From assembly GCA_015180985.1 (NCBI GenBank), contig CP054185.1, positions 2,105,225 through 2,169,224 of the forward strand: DNA of 64,000 bases. The letters run 5' to 3'. This DNA comes from Flammeovirgaceae bacterium (GTDB lineage: Bacteria; Bacteroidota; Bacteroidia; Cytophagales; Cyclobacteriaceae). A program made the position numbers and the translations under genes. Numbering within the stretch: position 1 is the stretch's first letter; each line of letters starts with the position of its first letter. Below, piece by piece: positions 58,637 through 64,000 of the stretch. The notes under the pieces were generated by a model. It saw only the letters and a list, made by a program, of their open reading frames with translations. It was not told where the DNA came from and did no database searches.

Positions 58637-59197
58637 ATGCAATTGCCTATGCCTGAATCCATTGTGGCCGGTAACCTTGTTCTCAGGCGGCTAAGGTACG
58701 AAGATGCCGAAGAAATTTTCTTTACCTATGCCAGTAAGCCAGAAGGCACCCGCTATGTGTCGTGGCCAACGCACCAGCGATTAAAAGACACCCGCGATTT
58801 TCTGCGCTATGCCGTTAATTCCTGGAACAGGGGACTTGATTATTCCTTTAGTATCCGGTTGGCTGATTCCAACCGGCTTGTAGGGAGCATTGGCGCGATT
58901 AACGATACAGGTAAAATTCAGTTCGGTTATTTCATTGCCCCTTCGCAGTGGGGGCGGGGTTATGCCACCGCGGCAACAAAGGCTTTGCTTGCTGTTTTGA
59001 AGTCGATGCCGGGTATAAAAAGCATTAAAACTTTTGTTGATGCCGAAAATGCCGCGTCCATACGGGTATTACAAAAATGCGGACTTGTTGAGGAAGCACG
59101 CATACCTGCCTACTACCGGTTTGTAAACCAGAATAACCAGGCTAAGGAGTGTATTCTGTTTAAACTGGAACTGCCGGCTCCGGTATCGGGAGATTAA
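58637..59197 (+). CDS. GNAT family N-acetyltransferase (RimJ/RimL-like)
   Basis: Acetyl-CoA binding motif QWGRGYATAATKAL and the overall Acetyltransf_3 pattern. Confidence 0.85.
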   Translation: MQLPMPESIVAGNLVLRRLRYEDAEEIFFTYASKPEGTRYVSWPTHQRLKDTRDFLRYAVNSWNRGLDYSFSIRLADSNRLVGSIGAINDTGKIQFGYFIAPSQWGRGYATAATKALLAVLKSMPGIKSIKTFVDAENAASIRVLQKCGLVEEARIPAYYRFVNQNNQAKECILFKLELPAPVSGD

Positions 59198-59621
59198 TTT
59201 CAGTGATTAGTTCTGCTTCCAGTTGGTCAGCCCATGCTTCGAGGTAACAAATTACATCATCCTTCACATTGAACGACAGGTTGCGCCTGGCATTGGGCAG
59301 GTTCCGTTTCACCGAAGGACCGGAAAGGCGCTCCAGGTGTTTAAGGTCGTCAATGTCAAATCCAAACTTCAGCACGGTGGCAATAAGTTCATCCATAGGC
59401 AGGCCGCTGGCCGGGCAATAATCGTTTAACTGCTCGGTCCAGTCGCCATGGCGCTGCATGGCCATTCTATGAATTTCGTCCTTGCGTAGCCGGGTTATTT
59501 GTTGAGCCAGAAACCCGCAGTTACAAAGACCCATGTGGCCCCATTGGTAGGCCGTGCTTTTTCTGAGGGCTTCGGCTGTTTTGCGGAGAATGTCAATAAC
59601 TTCGGGGGTAACGTGTGCCAT
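59160..59621 (-). CDS. Hypothetical protein, 153 aa
   Basis: ATG-initiated ORF (MAHVTPEVIDILRK...GHMGLCNCGFLAQQ). No family was recognised. Its 3' end overlaps the GNAT gene by 38 nt. Confidence 0.5.
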   Translation of the reverse strand: MAHVTPEVIDILRKTAEALRKSTAYQWGHMGLCNCGFLAQQITRLRKDEIHRMAMQRHGDWTEQLNDYCPASGLPMDELIATVLKFGFDIDDLKHLERLSGPSVKRNLPNARRNLSFNVKDDVICYLEAWADQLEAELITEINLPIPEPAVPV

Positions 59622-59726
59622 ACATCCGGAACAGTTTTAACCGGAATAAGTTACAAAAAGTACCGGGGAATTTTGTATTTCAGTGATTGTTGCTATACTT
59701 GCGCAGCAAGAGAATTAGAATACTAT

Positions 59727-59921
59727 ATGGGCAAGGGTGATAAAAAGTCGAAGAAAGGCAAGCGCTGGATAGGTTCGTACGGTGTATCCCGCAACCGAAA
59801 GGCTATTAAAGCCCGGTTAAAGCGCACTGCATCGAAATCAGCAAAACCAGTGGCGGAAGGTGCAACAGCCGGAGCAACTTCAAAGCCGCGTAAGGTATCC
59901 CGCAAAAAGGCATCAGCATAA
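59727..59921 (+). CDS. 30S ribosomal protein THX with a basic/Ala-rich C-terminal tail
   Basis: The MGKGDKKSKKGKRWIGSYGVSRNRK N-terminus is the THX signature. The gene is hidden inside the 140-aa track ORF 59499-59921. Confidence 0.85.
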   Translation: MGKGDKKSKKGKRWIGSYGVSRNRKAIKARLKRTASKSAKPVAEGATAGATSKPRKVSRKKASA

Positions 59922-59934
59922 TTGATTAAAGGCT

Positions 59935-59991
59935 ATGAAAGGAATGATGAACACAGCATGGTGGTGGCATATATCAGGATTTGATATGTGA
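59935..59991 (+). CDS. trp operon leader peptide (MKGMMNTAWWWHISGFDM)
   Basis: 18-codon ORF with TGG TGG TGG at 59959-59967. It lies 86 nt upstream of trpE and is followed by a terminator. Its stop codon sits inside an antiterminator segment. Confidence 0.75.
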   Translation: MKGMMNTAWWWHISGFDM

Positions 59992-60019
59992 ACAGCCGCA
60001 TTGTGTTTATTGTATAAGC

Positions 60020-60058
60020 CCGGGGGCCCGCTGTTCACAGCGGGCCCCCGGTGTTTTT
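60020..60058 (+). terminator. trp attenuator terminator (also the only terminator after the THX gene)
   Basis: Perfect 14-bp stem 60020-60033/60038-60051 with loop TTCA, followed by TGTTTTT. 59987-59996 (TGTGAACAGC) is complementary to 60030-60039 and gives a mutually exclusive pairing. Confidence 0.8.
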
Positions 60059-60077
60059 ATACAGTTAATCAAAGCCC

Positions 60078-61493
60078 ATGAACAAGAAATTTAAACTTAC
60101 TACCCTTTACAAACGAATATTAGCCGATACACTTACCCCGGTTAATATCTACCTGAAATTTCGAGATGAATTTTCAGACTGCATTATGTTGGAGAGCTCT
60201 GACTACCATGGGCAGGAAAACAGCCTTTCGATGATCTGCTGCCAACCGTTGGCCAGTATCAAGGTGTATAACAACACGATTTTAACCTCGTTACCCGATG
60301 GCCGGTTAACCGCCAAGCCAATTCGGAGCGCCTCCGAAGTGCTGGCATCGCTTGAGTTGTTCAGGCGAACCTTTGTGGCCGATGCAGCGGGTGCGCCAAA
60401 TTTACCCGGTGCCGGCTTGTTTGGTTACATGGCCTATGATGCCCTGAAGTTTTTTGATAGTGTTCCGGTAACTGCGCGGCAAGCGTTATTGCCCGAAATA
60501 TGGTACACCCTTTACCAGGTGGTTATCATTATTGATCATTTTCACAATGAACTTACGCTTACCGGTAATTTTGTCGATGGGAAAACCGATGCAGGCCTGC
60601 TTGATCGGATTGAGAAGCTCATTTACAGGGAGCGCAGTGCGGTGTACCCGTTCAGGCGCGTGAGTAGCGAAACAGCAACGGTTACCGGCCCTGAATTTCT
60701 GGCAATGACACGTAAAGCCTTGCAGCACTGCCATCGCGGTGATGTGTTTCAACTGGTGCTCTCCAGGCGATTTACCACCACATTTCAGGGCGATGAGTTT
60801 AATGTATACCGCGCCCTGCGTTCCATCAACCCTTCGCCTTACCTGTTTTATTTCGATTATGGCAATTTTAAACTCTTTGGTTCTTCCCCGGAGGCGCAAC
60901 TCCGCATCCAGAAAGATGTAGCAACTATTTTTCCGATTGCCGGCACCTTCAGGCGTACCGGTGATGATGCAACCGATGCTGAACTGGCCAGGCGTTTGGC
61001 AGCCGATGCCAAAGAAAATGCCGAGCACATCATGCTTGTTGATTTGGCCCGTAACGACTTAAGCCGTTATGCCGAAAAGGTTCGGGTTGAAGTTTTTAAG
61101 GAAATTCAATACTACTCCCATGTCATCCACCTCGTATCCAAAGTCAGCGGAGTGCTGTCCTCAAAAGAAAGTGCGATTCAACTGGCGGCTTCAACCTTTC
61201 CTGCCGGCACCCTTTCGGGTGCACCAAAACACATGGCAATGAAACTTATTGATGCCTATGAACCTGTTAACCGTGGCTTTTACGGTGGGGCTATCGGGTA
61301 TATCGGTTTTAACGGTGACTATAACCATGCTATAATGATTCGAACCTTTATGAGTAAAGACAACAGGCTGATTTACCAGGCCGGTGCCGGTATTGTGGCA
61401 CAGTCTGATCCGGAAACGGAATTACAGGAAGTTAATAATAAGCTTTTTGCACTGCGCGATGCGGTGCAAATGGCCGAAACCATAAGCCGATGA
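60078..61493 (+). CDS. trpE: Anthranilate synthase component I
   Basis: Chorismate-binding domain motifs (LESS, IFPAGTLSGAPK, GGAIGY). Confidence 0.95.
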   Translation: MNKKFKLTTLYKRILADTLTPVNIYLKFRDEFSDCIMLESSDYHGQENSLSMICCQPLASIKVYNNTILTSLPDGRLTAKPIRSASEVLASLELFRRTFVADAAGAPNLPGAGLFGYMAYDALKFFDSVPVTARQALLPEIWYTLYQVVIIIDHFHNELTLTGNFVDGKTDAGLLDRIEKLIYRERSAVYPFRRVSSETATVTGPEFLAMTRKALQHCHRGDVFQLVLSRRFTTTFQGDEFNVYRALRSINPSPYLFYFDYGNFKLFGSSPEAQLRIQKDVATIFPIAGTFRRTGDDATDAELARRLAADAKENAEHIMLVDLARNDLSRYAEKVRVEVFKEIQYYSHVIHLVSKVSGVLSSKESAIQLAASTFPAGTLSGAPKHMAMKLIDAYEPVNRGFYGGAIGYIGFNGDYNHAIMIRTFMSKDNRLIYQAGAGIVAQSDPETELQEVNNKLFALRDAVQMAETISR

Positions 61494-62062
61494 AGATTCT
61501 GATTCTCGACAATTACGATTCATTTACCTATAACCTGGTACACATTGTCAAGGAGTTGGGTTACACCTGCGAAGTGTTCAGAAATGATGCCATCGCACCC
61601 GAACAGGTGAGTGTCTATGATAAAATTTTATTATCGCCTGGTCCGGGCATACCCGATGAAGCCGGCATATTAAAGGAAGTAGTTCGAATGTATGCCTCCT
61701 CAAAAAGTATTCTTGGTATTTGCCTTGGCCACCAGGCAATTGCCGAGGTGTTCGGTGGCACCTTGTATAATATTCCCAGGCCCCTGCATGGCGTTACTTC
61801 TATAGCAACTGTGTTGCAGCCGGATGAGTATTTGTTTCAACGTATTGAACCGCGTTTCCAGGTTTGTCATTACCACTCGTGGGCGGTTAACCCGGAAAAT
61901 TTACCCACCTGCCTGGAAGCAATTGCTGGTAATGAAGAAGGACTGATTATGGGTATCAGGCATACCGCGTACGATGTCCGTGGTTTGCAGTTCCACCCGG
62001 AGTCGATCATGACACCGGCAGGCCCTGCTATTATCAAAAACTGGCTAACCCAACGTGTATGA
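61490..62062 (+). CDS. trpG: Anthranilate synthase component II (glutamine amidotransferase)
   Basis: MKILILDNYDSFTYNLV start, GICLGHQ catalytic Cys, and HPES. An ATGA overlap joins it to trpE. Confidence 0.95.
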   Translation: MKILILDNYDSFTYNLVHIVKELGYTCEVFRNDAIAPEQVSVYDKILLSPGPGIPDEAGILKEVVRMYASSKSILGICLGHQAIAEVFGGTLYNIPRPLHGVTSIATVLQPDEYLFQRIEPRFQVCHYHSWAVNPENLPTCLEAIAGNEEGLIMGIRHTAYDVRGLQFHPESIMTPAGPAIIKNWLTQRV

Positions 62063-63048
62063 AAACTGTATTAAACGATCTGACTCAACTGGAGCGCCTA
62101 ACCGCGTATGATGCCAGGCAGGTATTGATGGAACTGGCTTCGGGTAAATACAATGCAAGTCAGTTGGCGGCCTTCCTGACGGTGTACATGATGCGCCCGA
62201 TAACCCTGGATGAACTGCGCGGCTTCCGCGATGCCATGCTTGAATTGTGTGTTCCGGTAACGCTTGATAAACCCGTGATGGATGTATGCGGAACCGGTGG
62301 AGACGGAAAAAATACATTCAATATCTCTACGCTCTCTGCTTTTGTTGTCGCAGCCGCTGGCCAGCCGGTAGCCAAGCACGGCAACTATGGGGTTTCATCG
62401 CCTTGCGGCTCCTCCAATGTGCTTGAATATTTCGGCTACCGATTTACAGGAGATGCAGATACGTTGAAACGAAGCCTGGATAAGGCAAACATCTGTTTTA
62501 TGCATGCCCCGTTGTTTCATCCGGCTATGAAAAGCGTGGCCCGGGTAAGACGGGAGTTGGGCGTGAAAACATTTTTTAACATGCTTGGACCGATGGTTAA
62601 TCCGGCTTTTCCTCAAAAACAGTTTATCGGGGTTTTTAGTCTTGAACTGGCACGGCAATATGCTTACCTCTATCAGCAAACTGATAAACAGTTTATGGTT
62701 GTGCATTCAACTGATGGTTACGATGAGATTTCGTTAACCGGTAACTTTAAATACTTCAACAATTCAGGTGAGGGGTTGGTTGCTCCCTCCGATCTGGGCT
62801 TCATTCCTGTGGAGGCTTCTGCTATTTCGGGCGGGGCAACGGTTGAAGAATCGGCAGCGATTTTTCTTAACGTATTGAAAAACCAGGCTACCCCGCAGCA
62901 ACTGGCTGTGGTGATTGCCAATGCCGCCATTGCACTGAACTGTGCTAACCCAAAAGTTGCTATAGAAGACGCTTTATTCAAGGCGCGTGAGGCACTGGAA
63001 TCCGGAAAGGCCTACCAGGTATTTCAACTATTTATCAATCTGCCATGA
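62059..63048 (+). CDS. trpD: Anthranilate phosphoribosyltransferase
   Basis: DVCGTGGDGKNTFNIST and KHGN motifs. A 4-nt overlap joins it to trpG. Confidence 0.95.
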   Translation: MKTVLNDLTQLERLTAYDARQVLMELASGKYNASQLAAFLTVYMMRPITLDELRGFRDAMLELCVPVTLDKPVMDVCGTGGDGKNTFNISTLSAFVVAAAGQPVAKHGNYGVSSPCGSSNVLEYFGYRFTGDADTLKRSLDKANICFMHAPLFHPAMKSVARVRRELGVKTFFNMLGPMVNPAFPQKQFIGVFSLELARQYAYLYQQTDKQFMVVHSTDGYDEISLTGNFKYFNNSGEGLVAPSDLGFIPVEASAISGGATVEESAAIFLNVLKNQATPQQLAVVIANAAIALNCANPKVAIEDALFKAREALESGKAYQVFQLFINLP

Positions 63049-63854
63049 AAAAAGATGTATTAGGCGAAATTATTGCGGCTAAACGGCAGGAGGTGGAACT
63101 GAGGAAACAACAGGTTCCGGCTGGCTATCTCGTCAGGTCTGAAGAGTATAACCGAACCTGCTATTCGTTAAAGCAGCAACTTCTCAACAGAGGTAGCAGC
63201 GGCATTATTGCTGAATTTAAAAGACGATCGCCTTCAGGTGGATTTAGTAATACTGTTGCCGGGCCGGAAGCAGTTGCACGGGGGTACCTGCGGGCCGGAG
63301 CAGTTGCTGTATCGGTACTTACCGATACTTCGTTTTTTGGCGGGAGCCTCACCGACCTGCAGGTTATCAGAAAAGCAGTACCATGCCCGATTTTGCGAAA
63401 GGATTTTATTATAGATGAATACCAGGTGCATGAGTCTAAGCAGGCCGGAGCCGATGTTATTCTTTTGATTGCTTCGGTGCTGACGCCCGACCAGGTGCTT
63501 TCGCTAACGGCATGCGCCCATCAGGCAGGTATGGAAGTTGTGCTTGAGGTGCACAACGAAGAGGAACTTGATGCGAACCGGAATACTCAGGCAGATATTA
63601 TTGGGGTGAATAATCGTGATTTAAAAACCCTTCATGTTTCTGTCGAAACGTCCATCCGGCTGGCCGGAATGATGCCCGCCAACTGTGTACGTATAGCCGA
63701 GAGTGGAATAGAAAACCCTTTTGAGGTGATTGGCTTGAAACGGCTTGGTTACCATGGATTCCTTATCGGGCAGCATTTTATGCAGCAACAGGATCCGGCT
63801 GCGGCCTGTTTTGAATTTATTCAAGGGGTAGAGCAAACCGGATCAAACAAATAA
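63045..63854 (+). CDS. trpC: Indole-3-glycerol phosphate synthase
   Basis: IAEFKRRSPS, LRKDFIIDEYQ and GVNNRDL motifs. A 4-nt overlap joins it to trpD. Confidence 0.95.
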   Translation: MKKDVLGEIIAAKRQEVELRKQQVPAGYLVRSEEYNRTCYSLKQQLLNRGSSGIIAEFKRRSPSGGFSNTVAGPEAVARGYLRAGAVAVSVLTDTSFFGGSLTDLQVIRKAVPCPILRKDFIIDEYQVHESKQAGADVILLIASVLTPDQVLSLTACAHQAGMEVVLEVHNEEELDANRNTQADIIGVNNRDLKTLHVSVETSIRLAGMMPANCVRIAESGIENPFEVIGLKRLGYHGFLIGQHFMQQQDPAAACFEFIQGVEQTGSNK

Positions 63855-63858
63855 AATC

Positions 63859-64000
63859 ATGGATCGGTTAAAAATTAAAATTTGCGGTATGCGCGAAAGT
63901 GACAATTGCAATGCGGTGGCCCGATTGAAGCCCGATTTACTTGGCTTTATCTATTATCCGCACTCGCCACGGTTTGTAGGAATGGATTTTACCATGCCGG
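63859..64000 (+). CDS. trpF: Phosphoribosylanthranilate isomerase, truncated by the window edge
   Basis: The MDRLKIKICGMRE... N-terminus is typical of TrpF, and the position after trpC fits. Confidence 0.8.
   Translation, partial: MDRLKIKICGMRESDNCNAVARLKPDLLGFIYYPHSPRFVGMDFTMP

Noticed and set aside
58378-59197. GNAT acetyltransferase plus a small neighbouring ORF as a GNAT-type toxin-antitoxin pair
   Set aside because: The 79-aa ORF is divergently transcribed rather than upstream in the same operon, and it has no RHH/DUF1778-like pattern. The GNAT looks like a RimJ/RimL-type enzyme.
59499-59726. N-terminal 76 codons of the 140-aa track ORF that contains THX
   Set aside because: This part lies antisense to the 153-aa gene and its promoter region and resembles nothing known. 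The THX signature starts exactly at the internal ATG at 59727.

Overview
This 64-kb window looks like core chromosome from a Bacteroidota organism, probably Cytophagales-like. The supporting signs are a ribosomal protein THX gene, TAnnTTTG -7 promoter boxes, a parA-parB-DUF5683-dapB-lepB cluster, a T9SS type-B C-terminal domain (CTD) and a PorP/SprF gene. It is densely packed with housekeeping genes: metG, pth, rplY, prs, tRNA-Gln, purL, priA, rpsF-rpsR-rplI, apaG, ung, lepB, dapB, parAB, yidC, pyrG, a CCA-adding enzyme, ftsE, fsa, SRP RNA and trpEGDC(F). It also holds a TetR-TolC-MFP-RND efflux operon, two ECF sigma modules and an orphan TPR sensor kinase. The only clearly accessory locus is a single 12.7-kb gene (40476-53162). 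It encodes a 4,228-aa SprB-repeat surface protein with a type-B T9SS sorting domain, followed 9 nt later by its PorP/SprF partner. Several elements fall below the 60-aa cutoff of the ORF track. These are an 18-codon trp leader peptide with a WWW run and a terminator/antiterminator pair upstream of trpE, an SRP (4.5S) RNA, tRNA-Gln, THX hidden inside a longer ORF, and two tandem small secreted-peptide ORFs next to the TPR kinase. I found no mobile element, CRISPR array, defence island or other convincing new multi-gene system. The most interesting leads are the trp attenuator, the architecture of the giant adhesin, and the small-peptide/TPR-kinase neighbourhood. All calls rest on reading the sequence and recognising motifs; no database search was run.
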